A model generated the notes under the pieces. It worked only from the letters and a program-made list of their open reading frames with translations. It did no database searches and was not told the DNA's origin. Below are positions 6,402-16,272 of a stretch of DNA of 64,000 nt, piece after piece. The stretch lies in the NCBI RefSeq assembly GCF_028693495.1, contig NZ_JAQUVG010000003.1, positions 8,416 to 72,415 of the forward strand. The letters are read 5' to 3'. The first letter of the stretch is position 1, and every line of letters begins with the position of its first letter. A program made the translations under genes and the position numbers. The stretch is from Zoogloea sp. GTDB lineage: Bacteria; Pseudomonadota; Gammaproteobacteria; Burkholderiales; Rhodocyclaceae.

Positions 6402-9347
6402 ATGACATCAGCTTTCAAACGGCCTCGCTGGCATATGCGCTGGCGAAACTCGGTCCGGCAACGCCTGATGGTCCTGGGACTGGCACCCCTGCTGGTCGCC
6501 CTGCCTGTCATCGTGGGAATCCTGATCCTGGTCGGAGGTGCCCGGTTCGATAACCTGCTGCTTGCCACGGCGGCAGGCAACATGGCCAGCGCCCGTACCT
6601 ACATGGACCAGCTGCGCGCCCAGACACGCCAGGACATCCTGGAAGTCGTACGCTCCGACACGATTGTCCGGCTGCTGGAAGAGCGGGCCGCCCACCCCGC
6701 TGGGGACGCAACGGAAACCATCGACCGGGCCCTGAGGGCCCGGGCGGACGCTGCCCATCTCGACTATCTGGTGATCTCTACGCCCGAAGGGCATGTGATC
6801 GCCTCAAGCTCAGGACTCCGGCCCGGCAGCCAGATCCCCATCAGCAACGTAGCCCGACAAGCACGCACCGGGATCCCAAGCTCATCCTACGAACGCTTTG
6901 AAGTCGCGGAACTGGCGGCTCTCAACCCGGAGCTTCCCGCCAAGACCCTCATCAAGACAGACAACGCCCTGCACACCAATGCACCTCCGTCCAAGGATGA
7001 ATCACGGGGCCTGATGATCGCCGCTGCGGCCCACTTTCCCCTGAGCACGCGACACCCCGAAGCCATCGTATTGGGAGGAATCCTCCTGAACAACAACATT
7101 CCGCTGACCAATCGCATCCGGGAAGTGGTCTTTCCCATCAACGCCAACTTTGGCGAAGTCAGCGGCCATGCCTCCCTCCTCCTCGGGAATACGCGGGTGG
7201 CCACCACCCTGACCGGGCACCGGAACGAATATCTGCTTGGCACGCTCCTCAGCCCGGAGATCCAGGCACAGGAAACCCAGGAAACCCTGATCCTGGGCAA
7301 AACACTGACCCTGCGCACCCACATTGCAGGAGAATGGTACGTGGCGGGGTATCAGCCCATTCTGGACAGCCAGGGAGAACAGATCGGGATTTTTGCCACC
7401 GGCTTTCCTGAACATCATTACAGCCGGGAAAAATGGCTGCAAGTGGGAGGCATCACCTTGCTGCTGGCCATCAGCATGCTGACACTCACTTTTTCCTTTC
7501 TGCGAGCCGGCAACGACATCACCCGACGTCTGACGGCCATTGGCGGCACGATGCGGGCCATTCACAACGGCGAGACGGGCAGCCGCGTCACTCTGGATCA
7601 CGAAACCGACGAGATCGCCCAGCTGGCCCGCCACTTCAACGAGCTGCTGGATGCCCTGGATGCCCGGGAGCAGGCCGAACGGGCCGCACGCCAGGCCATC
7701 GCCGAAGAAGCCATGCGCCGTCGCGCCCTGTTCGAAATGGCCCGGGACGGCATCGTCGTGGTAGACATGAACTGTGCCGTCGTGGACGCCAATCCCCAGT
7801 TCGCCACCATGCTGGGGTATTCCCTGGAGGAAATGAAAGCCCTGCATGTATGGGACTGGGATCCGGGCATCGCCCCTGCCGAACTGCTGGAGATGGTCCG
7901 CAGTGTCAGTCCCGAAGGAGAACAATTCGAAACCCGGATCCGCAGCCGTAGTGGCTGCAACCTGCCGGTGGAAATCAAATCGAGCCGCGTCCTCTGGGGC
8001 GACAAGGTGTACGTGATGTGCACGGTGCGGGAAATTTCAGAGCGCAAGCAACTGGACCAGGAGCTTGAGCGCCACCGCCACCACCTGGAAGACCTGGTCG
8101 GCCAGCGCACTCTGGAACTGGCCTCTGCCCGGGACGAAGCTGAAAGTGCCAACCGGGCCAAGAGTGCCTTCCTAGCCAACATGAGCCACGAAATCCGGAC
8201 CCCGATGAACGCCATCATCGGCCTGACTCACCTCCTGCTGCGGGACGTGGAAAACCCGGAGCAGGCTGAACGCCTGGGAAAGGTGGACAGCGCTGCGCGA
8301 CATCTCCTGCGGGTGATCAACGACATCCTCGACCTGTCGAAAATCGACGCCAACAAGATCACCCTGGAAAACATCGACTTCCCCCTGTCCGCCGCCCTGG
8401 ACCGGGCCACCTCGATGCTGCGGGCCAGCGCAGCCCAGAAAGGACTCCAGCTGCAGCTCGACGTGGATCCCGTCCTCCCCACCTGGGTCTGCGGCGACCC
8501 GGTGCGTCTGGAGCAGATCGTTGTAAATTATTTGTCGAATGCGATCAAATTCTCCGAAAAAGGCTGCATCACCCTGCGCGCCCGGGCGCAGCCGCCTCTC
8601 GGCGACGGCCGCCTCGTGGTGTGCATCGAGGTGGAGGATCAGGGCATAGGCCTCAGCCCCAAGCAGATTGACTCCCTCTTCAGGGCCTTCGAACAGGCCG
8701 ACAACTCCACCACCCGACGCTATGGCGGCACGGGTCTGGGCCTGGCCATCAGCAAGCGCCTGGCCGAGCTGATGGGCGGGAGCGTCGGGGTGACGAGTGC
8801 CGAGGGTACAGGGTCCACCTTCCGGGTGACGCTGCCCTTTCTCCCTGCCAGCACAACCCTGCTGTACGCAGGAAGCCCTGCCACGGACGCGGGCTTTGGC
8901 GAGGACAAAACCGAGGGCCTTGCCGAGCAGATCTGCACGGGCCATGCAGGTCAGCACATCCTGCTGGTGGAGGACAACCACCTCAATCAGGAGATCATCT
9001 GCGAATTGCTCGGGGATACCGGACTCCGGGTGACTGTCGCCAACAACGGGCAGGAAGCGCTGGACATGCTCGCCCGAACCCCCTGTGACCTGGTCCTGAT
9101 GGACCTCAGCATGCCGGTCATGGGAGGTCTGGAAGCGGCTGCCCTGATCCGCCGGCAGCTTCATCTGACGGATCTGCCGATCCTGGCAATGACGGCCAAT
9201 GCTTTTGACGAGGACCGGGATCGCTGCCTGGAAGCGGGCATGAACGACCATGTGGCAAAACCGGTGGATCCGGAGATCTTCTTCCAGGCTCTGTTGCGCT
9301 GGCTGCCCCTCCAGTCGCACCCTGCAGCACCTGATGCCAGACAGTGA
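6402..9347 (+). CDS. Hybrid sensor histidine kinase (periplasmic sensor domain, HAMP, PAS, HisKA, HATPase_c, receiver)
   Basis: A TM segment (LMVLGLAPLLVALPVIVGILILVGG) is followed by a ~300-aa extracytoplasmic region and a second TM. Then come HAMP, PAS, an H-box (ANMSHEIRTPMNAIIG), a G-box (GGTGLGLAISKRLAELMGG) and a C-terminal receiver (ILLVEDNHLN...LVLMDLSMPVMGG). Start taken at ATG 6402; the track start at 6300 is TTG. Confidence 0.9.
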   Translation: MTSAFKRPRWHMRWRNSVRQRLMVLGLAPLLVALPVIVGILILVGGARFDNLLLATAAGNMASARTYMDQLRAQTRQDILEVVRSDTIVRLLEERAAHPAGDATETIDRALRARADAAHLDYLVISTPEGHVIASSSGLRPGSQIPISNVARQARTGIPSSSYERFEVAELAALNPELPAKTLIKTDNALHTNAPPSKDESRGLMIAAAAHFPLSTRHPEAIVLGGILLNNNIPLTNRIREVVFPINANFGEVSGHASLLLGNTRVATTLTGHRNEYLLGTLLSPEIQAQETQETLILGKTLTLRTHIAGEWYVAGYQPILDSQGEQIGIFATGFPEHHYSREKWLQVGGITLLLAISMLTLTFSFLRAGNDITRRLTAIGGTMRAIHNGETGSRVTLDHETDEIAQLARHFNELLDALDAREQAERAARQAIAEEAMRRRALFEMARDGIVVVDMNCAVVDANPQFATMLGYSLEEMKALHVWDWDPGIAPAELLEMVRSVSPEGEQFETRIRSRSGCNLPVEIKSSRVLWGDKVYVMCTVREISERKQLDQELERHRHHLEDLVGQRTLELASARDEAESANRAKSAFLANMSHEIRTPMNAIIGLTHLLLRDVENPEQAERLGKVDSAARHLLRVINDILDLSKIDANKITLENIDFPLSAALDRATSMLRASAAQKGLQLQLDVDPVLPTWVCGDPVRLEQIVVNYLSNAIKFSEKGCITLRARAQPPLGDGRLVVCIEVEDQGIGLSPKQIDSLFRAFEQADNSTTRRYGGTGLGLAISKRLAELMGGSVGVTSAEGTGSTFRVTLPFLPASTTLLYAGSPATDAGFGEDKTEGLAEQICTGHAGQHILLVEDNHLNQEIICELLGDTGLRVTVANNGQEALDMLARTPCDLVLMDLSMPVMGGLEAAALIRRQLHLTDLPILAMTANAFDEDRDRCLEAGMNDHVAKPVDPEIFFQALLRWLPLQSHPAAPDARQ

Positions 9348-9494
9348 AGCGCTCTCCGCCCCCTTCAGCCCAGACGACACCCGGAAGCACTCACACCTCC
9401 TGACACACATCCAGTCACCTTCCCGGAACCTTTACCTACCCTTAGCACTCTCTCAAGGAGAGTGCTAATATCCGGTTGAAGGAGGTGCCTACTG

Positions 9495-10352
9495 ATGTCC
9501 AATGCCCTGTCGTTTCCTGTTCCGTCCGCGGTTGGCAGCCTGGATCAATACATCCAGAGCGTGAATCGCATCCCGTTGCTGACCGAGAAGGAAGAATCCG
9601 ACCTGGCCCACAGCTTCCGGGAAGAAGGCGACCTGGAAGCGGCCCGCAAACTGGTGATGTCCCACCTGCGCTTGGTAGTAGCCATCGCCCGGGGTTATCT
9701 GGGTTATGGTCTGCCCCATGCCGACCTGGTCCAGGAAGGCAACGTCGGCCTGATGAAGGCCGTCAAGCGCTTCGATCCCGAGCGGGGCGTGCGCTTGGTG
9801 TCCTTCGCCATCCACTGGATCAAGGCCGAAATCCACGAGTACATCGTCAGGAACTGGCGTCTGGTCAAGATCGCGACCACCAAGGCCCAGCGCAAGCTGT
9901 TCTTCAACCTGCGCAGCATGAAGACCAGCAACAGCACCCTTCAAGGGGAGGACGTGCTGGCCGTGGCCCAGCAACTGGGGGTCAAACCCGAAGAAGTCCG
10001 GGAAATGGAAACCCGTCTGTCGGGAGGCGACGTGGCCCTGGAAAGCGGCCCTGATGACGAAGAAGAGCGCTTTGCTCCGATCGCTTACCTGGCCGACCCC
10101 CACGCCGAGCCTTCCGAAGTCATCGCCCAGCGGGAATATGCCCGCCTGCAGGATTCGGGCCTGCATGAAGCCTTGGCTGCCCTGGATGAGCGTAGCCGGA
10201 CCATCGTCCAGCGTCGCTGGCTGGCGGAAGGGGATGCCGCCACGCTTCATGAACTGGCAGCAGAATATGGAGTTTCCGCTGAGCGGATCCGCCAGATCGA
10301 AGCCAAGGCGATGCAGAAGATGCGCACCCAGCTGGCAGCCCTGACGGCCTGA
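9495..10352 (+). CDS. rpoH: RNA polymerase sigma-32 (heat-shock sigma factor)
   Basis: 285 aa with sigma-70 regions 2-4 and the RpoH box QRKLFFNLR. A GAAGGAGG RBS lies 9 nt upstream of the ATG. Confidence 0.95.
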   Translation: MSNALSFPVPSAVGSLDQYIQSVNRIPLLTEKEESDLAHSFREEGDLEAARKLVMSHLRLVVAIARGYLGYGLPHADLVQEGNVGLMKAVKRFDPERGVRLVSFAIHWIKAEIHEYIVRNWRLVKIATTKAQRKLFFNLRSMKTSNSTLQGEDVLAVAQQLGVKPEEVREMETRLSGGDVALESGPDDEEERFAPIAYLADPHAEPSEVIAQREYARLQDSGLHEALAALDERSRTIVQRRWLAEGDAATLHELAAEYGVSAERIRQIEAKAMQKMRTQLAALTA

Positions 10353-10391
10353 AGGCCAGCGGGCTCCTGCTAGCACTCGGCTGGCTCTGCA

Positions 10392-10414
10392 GGGCGGCCT
10401 CCGGGAGGCCGCCC
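10392..10414. terminator. GC-rich hairpin between convergent rpoH and the SCO-family gene (probable bidirectional terminator)
   Basis: GGGCGGCCT-CCGGG-AGGCCGCCC, a 9-bp perfect stem, followed by TATTTG on the plus strand. It overlaps the stop of the minus-strand gene. Confidence 0.55.
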
Positions 10415-11022
10415 TATTTGCCAGCCAGCAACTGACGGATATCCGCCGCAATCTGTTCGGGCCTCTCGCCGTGTTTCACATACAGGCGCAGCCGCCCCTG
10501 AGGGTCGAAGACATAGGTTCCGGTGGAATGATCCACGGTGTAGGTGCCCCCCCTGGTACCCCCCTGCTTCTGGTAGAACACCTTGAACTCCCTGGCCACC
10601 GCCTCGGTGGCCGCTTCGTCCCCACGCAAACCGACAAAACGCGGATCGAACACCGGTACATATTCGGCCAGCAAGGACTGGGTATCCCGCTCGGGATCCA
10701 CCGTAATGAAGAGCACCTGCACCTGCTCTGCATACGCCCCGAGCTGGCGCATCACTTCCGCCATGCCCAGCAGGTTGGTAGGGCAGATGTCGGGACATTG
10801 GGTATAACCAAAGAACAGGGTCACCACTTTTCCCCTGTAATCCGCCAGGCTACGCACAGCGCCGGTGTGGTCCTTCAGCCGAAAATCCTTGCCATAATTG
10901 GCACCGGTAATGTCCGAACTGGCAAACCCGACCCTCCCCTGCCCTTCACCGGAAGGCGAGCACCCCACAAGAACCCCTGCTGCCAGCAAGGCAGCCACAC
11001 TGTATCGAAGGCGGAAACTCAT
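10414..11022 (-). CDS. SCO1/SenC-family copper chaperone (thioredoxin fold)
   Basis: CPDICP (CxxxCP) motif in FGYTQCPDICPTNLL. Start moved to ATG 11022, giving the lipoprotein-like signal MSFRLRYSVAALLAAGVLVGC. Confidence 0.88.
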   Translation of the reverse strand: MSFRLRYSVAALLAAGVLVGCSPSGEGQGRVGFASSDITGANYGKDFRLKDHTGAVRSLADYRGKVVTLFFGYTQCPDICPTNLLGMAEVMRQLGAYAEQVQVLFITVDPERDTQSLLAEYVPVFDPRFVGLRGDEAATEAVAREFKVFYQKQGGTRGGTYTVDHSTGTYVFDPQGRLRLYVKHGERPEQIAADIRQLLAGK

Positions 11023-11146
11023 AAATATTTTTTTTGATAAAAAAAACAATATCAATGCTAGACTTCGGCCAGAATTTAACTTGTAGCAAATTGATACAAG
11101 TGGGGCCTGGAGGAGACGCCAAGGCCAAAACCATAAGAAAGCCTGT

Positions 11147-11174
11147 CGGGGGTGCGGCGAAAGCCGCGCCCCCG
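11147..11174 (-). terminator. Hairpin downstream of mpl (possible terminator)
   Basis: On the minus strand, CGGGGGCGCGGC-TTTC-GCCGCACCCCCG forms a 12-bp stem with one G-U pair. The U tract is weak (ACAGGCTTTCTT). Confidence 0.45.
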
Positions 11175-11221
11175 ATCCATTTCAGGCTCAGCCTGTTGGG
11201 TGACCAGGCCGCAGGAATGGC

Positions 11222-12568
11222 TCAAGCCGCCAGCGCCGTCAGCAGCTTGTCATGGATTCCACCGAAGCCCCCATTGCTCATGACCAGGACCTGGTCCCCT
11301 GCCCGGGCTTCCGCGACAATCGCCGCGACCAGCGCCGCCAGGTCATCCTCCACCACAGCCTTGCCGGCAATCGGCGCCAGCGCGCTCCTGGCATCCCAGC
11401 CCAGGTTTGCCGCATAACAGAACACCTTGTCTGCCTGGGCCAGGCTGGCAGGCAGTTGCTCCTTCATCACCCCCAGCTTCATGGTATTCGAGCGAGGCTC
11501 CAGCACGGCCAGGATACGCGCCGCACCCACCTGACGACGCAAGCCCTCCACCGTCAGGGTGATCGCCGTGGGATGGTGGGCAAAATCATCGTACACCGCC
11601 ACGCCACGCACGGTTCCCCGCAATTCCAGGCGGCGCTTGACCCCCTCGAAACGGCTCAAGGCATCCAGGGCCACCTCCGGGGTTACCCCCACGTGGCGGG
11701 CCGCAGCCAACGCAGCCAGCGCATTCGCCCGGTTGTGGCTGCCTGACAGGGGCAAGCGCCGCCGGCCAAGCTCCTTGCCCAGGTGACGAATCACCACCTC
11801 ATCCTCAAAACAGCCTTCGGCCACCGACCAGCCCGCTGCGTCATTGAACCACTCGAGCTCAGACCAACAGCCCCGCTGGATCACCCGCGCAAGAGACTCT
11901 TCGGCTGCATTCGCGACGATCCGTCCAGACAGGGGGATAGTCCGCACCAAATGGTGGAATTGCGTTTCGATCGCGGCAAGATCACCAAAAATGTCTGCAT
12001 GATCGAACTCCAGATTATTCAGGATCACGGTCCGGGGACGGTAATGGACAAACTTGGAACGCTTGTCGCAGAAGGCCGTGTCGTACTCGTCAGCCTCGAT
12101 CACGAAAAAGGGCGACTCGGTGAGCCGCGCCGACAGACCGAAATTCTTGGGAACCCCCCCCACCAGGAAACCCGGATTCAGCCCTGCGTCCTCCAGGATC
12201 CAGGCCAGCAGGGAAGTGGTGGTGGTCTTGCCATGAGTTCCCGCCACCCCCAGAACCCAGCGCCCCTGGAGCACATGCTCGGCCAGCCACTGGGGACCCG
12301 AAACATAAGGCAGCCCCTTGTCGAGAATGGCCTCCAGGAGGGGATTCCCGCGGGAAATGGCGTTTCCCACCACGAAGACATCCGGGGCAAGCCCGAGTTG
12401 CTCGACCCCGTAACCCTCGACCAAGCCAATACCCTGCTCCTCCAACTGGGTACTCATCGGCGGGTAGACATTGGCGTCGCAGCCGGTCACCTTATGGCCG
12501 GCGGCCCGCGCCAGCAGTGCCACGCCACCCATGAAGGTGCCGCAGATTCCAAGAATGTGAATATGCAT
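11222..12568 (-). CDS. mpl: UDP-N-acetylmuramate:L-alanyl-gamma-D-glutamyl-meso-diaminopimelate ligase
   Basis: Start moved to ATG 12568. MHIHILGICGTFMGGVALLARAAGHKVTGCDANVYPPMSTQLE is the characteristic Mpl N-terminus, and Mur-ligase motifs follow (GVAGTHGKTTTTS). Confidence 0.92.
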   Translation of the reverse strand: MHIHILGICGTFMGGVALLARAAGHKVTGCDANVYPPMSTQLEEQGIGLVEGYGVEQLGLAPDVFVVGNAISRGNPLLEAILDKGLPYVSGPQWLAEHVLQGRWVLGVAGTHGKTTTTSLLAWILEDAGLNPGFLVGGVPKNFGLSARLTESPFFVIEADEYDTAFCDKRSKFVHYRPRTVILNNLEFDHADIFGDLAAIETQFHHLVRTIPLSGRIVANAAEESLARVIQRGCWSELEWFNDAAGWSVAEGCFEDEVVIRHLGKELGRRRLPLSGSHNRANALAALAAARHVGVTPEVALDALSRFEGVKRRLELRGTVRGVAVYDDFAHHPTAITLTVEGLRRQVGAARILAVLEPRSNTMKLGVMKEQLPASLAQADKVFCYAANLGWDARSALAPIAGKAVVEDDLAALVAAIVAEARAGDQVLVMSNGGFGGIHDKLLTALAA

Positions 12569-12651
12569 GGTCAGATGCAGCAGAAACCGTGCCGCAATAG
12601 TCGTGTGTAGAATGGCTGATATTCTAATCGAACGGGGAGCTCCGACCTGCC

Positions 12652-13281
12652 ATGCCGCGCCCTGCCGTTCCATATCGCAGCAACCTGCGCCGGGAAATCG
12701 CCGCCCTCGCCGCCCGGATGATCGCCGAGGACGGAATCAGCGACTATGGCTTCGCCAAGCGCAAGGCTGCCCGCCAGTTGGGCGCCACCAGTGCCGACGA
12801 GCTGCCCAACAATGCCGAAATCGAGACCGAGGTCCGCACCTATCTGACCCTCTTCCAGGACGACGAGCACCTGGAACGCCAGCGGCTGCTGCGGGTTGCC
12901 GCCGCCGAAGTGATGCGTGAACTGGAGCCCTTCCGCCCCTATCTCACCGGCTCCGTACTGGAAGGCACCGCGGGGCGCTATTCCGAGGTGGACATCGACC
13001 TCTTCCCGGAAAGCGCCAAGGAAGTGGAAATCTTCTTTCTCAACCACAATGTGGACTACGAGCATAGGGAGCCCCGCCGCACGCAACCCGAAGCCCCGGA
13101 GGCGATCCTGGTCTTCGACTGGGGTGATGTCCCCATCCGCCTGCGGATCTACTCTCCGGAAGTGGAACGACTGCACCGCAGGGGCAGTCACGGAACCCGA
13201 GGCATGGAACGCGCCCGCCTTCCCACCGTCGAAGCCCTGATCAACAACACGCCACCGGCAACGGTCGACATCGAGCCATGA
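12652..13281 (+). CDS. Conserved hypothetical protein with a Pol-beta-type nucleotidyltransferase-like motif
   Basis: 209 aa. LTGSVLEGTAGRYSEVDIDLF fits the hG[GS]-x9-13-DhDh minimal nucleotidyltransferase signature. Its stop overlaps the next gene's ATG (ATGA at 13278-13281). Confidence 0.55.
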   Translation: MPRPAVPYRSNLRREIAALAARMIAEDGISDYGFAKRKAARQLGATSADELPNNAEIETEVRTYLTLFQDDEHLERQRLLRVAAAEVMRELEPFRPYLTGSVLEGTAGRYSEVDIDLFPESAKEVEIFFLNHNVDYEHREPRRTQPEAPEAILVFDWGDVPIRLRIYSPEVERLHRRGSHGTRGMERARLPTVEALINNTPPATVDIEP

Positions 13282-13832
13282 AAACCCGCCTGAACACCCT
13301 GTTCCTGATACTGATCGCCGTCGCGACAACCATCGCCGGGATCTATGCCGCCCGCAAGGAAACACAAAGCCTGACCGCTCCGGACATCACCGCCGCCCAG
13401 CAGGACGCCGTGGCCCAGTTGATGGCCCTGGACCTGCCCGACAGCGCTGGCAAACAGCACCCCCTGCACCAGTGGCAGGGGAAGGTCATGGTGGTCAATT
13501 TCTGGGCAACCTGGTGCCCGCCCTGCCGCAAGGAAATGCCGGCCTTCTCCCAACTGAGCGAGAAATATGCACACAAAGGCATCCAATTCGTCGGCATCAG
13601 CATAGATACCGCAACCAACGTACGGGATTTCCAGGCAGCCAACCCCGTCGCTTACCCTCTCGTGGTGGCCGCACCCAGCGTTGTGAGTCTCACGGAGGTC
13701 CTGGGCAACACTTCTCAGGGTCTACCCTTTACAGTCATCATTGACCGGCAGGGCAAGCTCAGTCTGGTCAAGCTGGGGATGCTTGCCGAAGAGGATCTGG
13801 AGCGCAAGCTGGCGGAACTGAGCCAGTCCTAA
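13278..13832 (+). CDS. TlpA/ResA-like periplasmic thiol:disulfide oxidoreductase
   Basis: N-terminal membrane anchor, then the thioredoxin motif [14 protein letters not shown]. Confidence 0.85.
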   Translation: MKTRLNTLFLILIAVATTIAGIYAARKETQSLTAPDITAAQQDAVAQLMALDLPDSAGKQHPLHQWQGKVMVVNFWATWCPPCRKEMPAFSQLSEKYAHKGIQFVGISIDTATNVRDFQAANPVAYPLVVAAPSVVSLTEVLGNTSQGLPFTVIIDRQGKLSLVKLGMLAEEDLERKLAELSQS

Positions 13833-13893
13833 GCATCATCCGAAGCTGGCCCGTTGTGGACAACTTCCGGCAAATTACGGCAAACTTGCCAGC

Positions 13894-14382
13894 ATGACGC
13901 GGAAAAACAGCCCCCAGGATGCCACCTCGAACGACGCCCGGCAAAGCCGGATCCTCGTTTTGCATGGCCCCAACCTCAATCTGCTCGGTCGCCGGGAACC
14001 CGGCATTTATGGCCTGACCACCCTGTCCGACATCCATGAAGCGATGGAAAGCCGGGCCCGTGCGGACGGTGTGCTCCTGGAGTCTTTCCAGAGCAACCAC
14101 GAAGGAGAGCTGATTGACCGGGTGCAGGCGGCTGCCACCGAAGGCGTCGACTTCATCGTCATCAATCCGGCAGGCTACACCCACACCAGCGTGGCCTTGA
14201 GAGACGCCCTTGCCGGTGTGGACATCCCCTTCGTGGAAGTACACCTGTCCAACATTCACGCCCGCGAGCCCTTCCGGCATCACTCCTATTTCTCCGACAA
14301 GGCCATTGGGGTGATCTGCGGCCTGGGCGCCCAGGGCTATCTGCTGGCCCTGGAATTCGCCCTGTCCCGCCTGCGCGGCTGA
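13894..14382 (+). CDS. aroQ: Type II 3-dehydroquinate dehydratase
   Basis: [21 protein letters not shown] and [16 protein letters not shown]...[15 protein letters not shown] signatures. Confidence 0.93.
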   Translation: MTRKNSPQDATSNDARQSRILVLHGPNLNLLGRREPGIYGLTTLSDIHEAMESRARADGVLLESFQSNHEGELIDRVQAAATEGVDFIVINPAGYTHTSVALRDALAGVDIPFVEVHLSNIHAREPFRHHSYFSDKAIGVICGLGAQGYLLALEFALSRLRG

Positions 14383-14443
14383 CACCAGACATCGGCCCGT
14401 CCCCTCCTGCGGACGGCCATCAACACATCAAGGGGAAACTACA

Positions 14444-14902
14444 ATGGATCTTCGCAAGCTCAAGAAATTGATTGACCTGGTCCAGGAGTCCGGCATTTCC
14501 GAACTGGAAGTGACGGAGGGCGAGGAAAAGGTTCGTATCGCCAAGCATGTAAGCGGCCCGGCGCCGGTGAATTACGTCTCCCACATGCCAGGCCATGCCC
14601 CGGCGCCGGCGCCCGTTGCGGCAGCCACCACCGTCCCGGCGGCAGCGGACGAAGATGCCCTCCCCGAGGGTCACGTGGTCAAGTCTCCCATGGTGGGCAC
14701 CTTCTACCGGGCCAGCTCGCCGGGTGCCAAGCCCCTGGCAGAAATTGGCCAGAGTGTGGCTGCCGGCGACGTGCTGTGCATCATTGAGGCCATGAAACTG
14801 ATGAACGAAATCGAGGCGGAAGTCTCCGGCACCATCAAGGCCATCCTCGTGGAAAACGGAGAACCCGTCGAGTTCGGCGAACCCCTCTTCGTCATCGGCT
14901 AA
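14444..14902 (+). CDS. accB: Acetyl-CoA carboxylase biotin carboxyl carrier protein
   Basis: Biotinylation motif [12 protein letters not shown], an Ala/Pro-rich linker, and the position upstream of accC. Confidence 0.95.
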   Translation: MDLRKLKKLIDLVQESGISELEVTEGEEKVRIAKHVSGPAPVNYVSHMPGHAPAPAPVAAATTVPAAADEDALPEGHVVKSPMVGTFYRASSPGAKPLAEIGQSVAAGDVLCIIEAMKLMNEIEAEVSGTIKAILVENGEPVEFGEPLFVIG

Positions 14903-14910
14903 GCCCCACC

Positions 14911-16272
14911 ATGTTTGAAAAGATCCTTATCGCCAATCGGGGCGAGATTGCCTTGCGCGTGCTGCGAGCCTGCCGTGAGCTGGGCATCAAGACCGTCGCC
15001 GTACACTCCGAACCGGACGCCGAGGCCAAATACGTCAAGCTCGCCGACGAATCCGTGTGCATCGGCCCGGCTTCATCCACCCTCAGCTACCTCAACATCC
15101 CGGCCCTGATCTCGGCGGCTGAAGTCACCGATGCCGAAGCCATCCACCCGGGCTACGGTTTTCTGTCCGAAAACGCCGACTTCGCCGAGCGGGTCGAGCA
15201 ATCTGGTTTCGTCTTCATCGGCCCCCGCGCCGAGACCATCCGCCTGATGGGTGACAAGGTCTCCGCCAAGGACGCCATGAAAGCCGCCGGGGTACCCTGC
15301 GTCCCCGGCTCCGAAGGCGCCCTGCCGGACGACCCCAAGGAGATCGTCAAGATCGCCCGCGCCATCGGCTACCCGGTGATCATCAAGGCAGCCGGCGGCG
15401 GCGGTGGGCGCGGCATGCGCGTGGTGCACACCGAAGCCGCCCTGCTCAACGCCGTCACCACCACCCGCTCCGAAGCCGGCGCCTTCTTCGGCAACCCGGT
15501 GGTGTACATGGAGAAGTTCCTGGAAAACCCGCGTCACGTGGAAATCCAGATCCTCGCCGACCAGCACGGCAACGCCATCCACCTGGGCGAGCGCGACTGC
15601 TCCATGCAACGGCGCCACCAGAAGGTCATCGAGGAAGCCCCCGCGCCCGGCATCGAGCGCCGCCACATCCTGCGCATCGGCGAACGCTGCGCCGAGGCCT
15701 GCCGCAAGATCGGCTACCGGGGCGCCGGCACCTTCGAATTCCTTTATGAGAATGGCGAGTTCTACTTCATCGAGATGAACACCCGGGTCCAGGTCGAACA
15801 CCCGGTCACCGAACTCATCACCGGTGTCGACATCGTGCAGGAGCAGATCCGCGTCGCCGCCGGCCAGAAGCTGCGCTACCGTCAGAAGGACATCGAGTTC
15901 CGCGGCCATGCCATCGAGTGCCGCATCAACGCCGAAGACCCGTTCAAGTTCACCCCCTGCCCGGGCAAGATCGGCAACTGGCACGTCCCCGGCGGCCCCG
16001 GCATCCGCGTGGATTCCCACGTGTACAACGGCTACACGGTGCCCCAGCACTACGACTCGATGATCGGCAAGCTGATCGCCTACGGCGACACCCGCGACCA
16101 GGCCATCCGCCGCATGCGCATCGCCCTGTCCGAAATGCTCGTCGAGGGCATCAAGACCAACATCCCGCTGCACCAGGAGCTGATGCTTGACGCCCGCTTC
16201 GTCGAAGGCGGCACCAGCATCCACTACCTGGAACACAAGCTGGCGGGGCGCAACGAGGTCTCGAAGAACTGA
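14911..16272 (+). CDS. accC: Acetyl-CoA carboxylase biotin carboxylase subunit
   Basis: 453 aa. [26 protein letters not shown]..., an ATP-grasp region, and [14 protein letters not shown]. Confidence 0.97.
   Translation: MFEKILIANRGEIALRVLRACRELGIKTVAVHSEPDAEAKYVKLADESVCIGPASSTLSYLNIPALISAAEVTDAEAIHPGYGFLSENADFAERVEQSGFVFIGPRAETIRLMGDKVSAKDAMKAAGVPCVPGSEGALPDDPKEIVKIARAIGYPVIIKAAGGGGGRGMRVVHTEAALLNAVTTTRSEAGAFFGNPVVYMEKFLENPRHVEIQILADQHGNAIHLGERDCSMQRRHQKVIEEAPAPGIERRHILRIGERCAEACRKIGYRGAGTFEFLYENGEFYFIEMNTRVQVEHPVTELITGVDIVQEQIRVAAGQKLRYRQKDIEFRGHAIECRINAEDPFKFTPCPGKIGNWHVPGGPGIRVDSHVYNGYTVPQHYDSMIGKLIAYGDTRDQAIRRMRIALSEMLVEGIKTNIPLHQELMLDARFVEGGTSIHYLEHKLAGRNEVSKN

Noticed and set aside
11034-11055. 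TTGATA-N10-TATCAA inverted repeat in the AT-rich promoter region of the SCO1-family gene, considered as an FNR/CRP-family site.
   Set aside because: The FNR consensus is TTGAT-N4-ATCAA, whereas the half-sites here are 12 nt apart. The repeat lies inside long A/T homopolymer runs where such matches arise easily.
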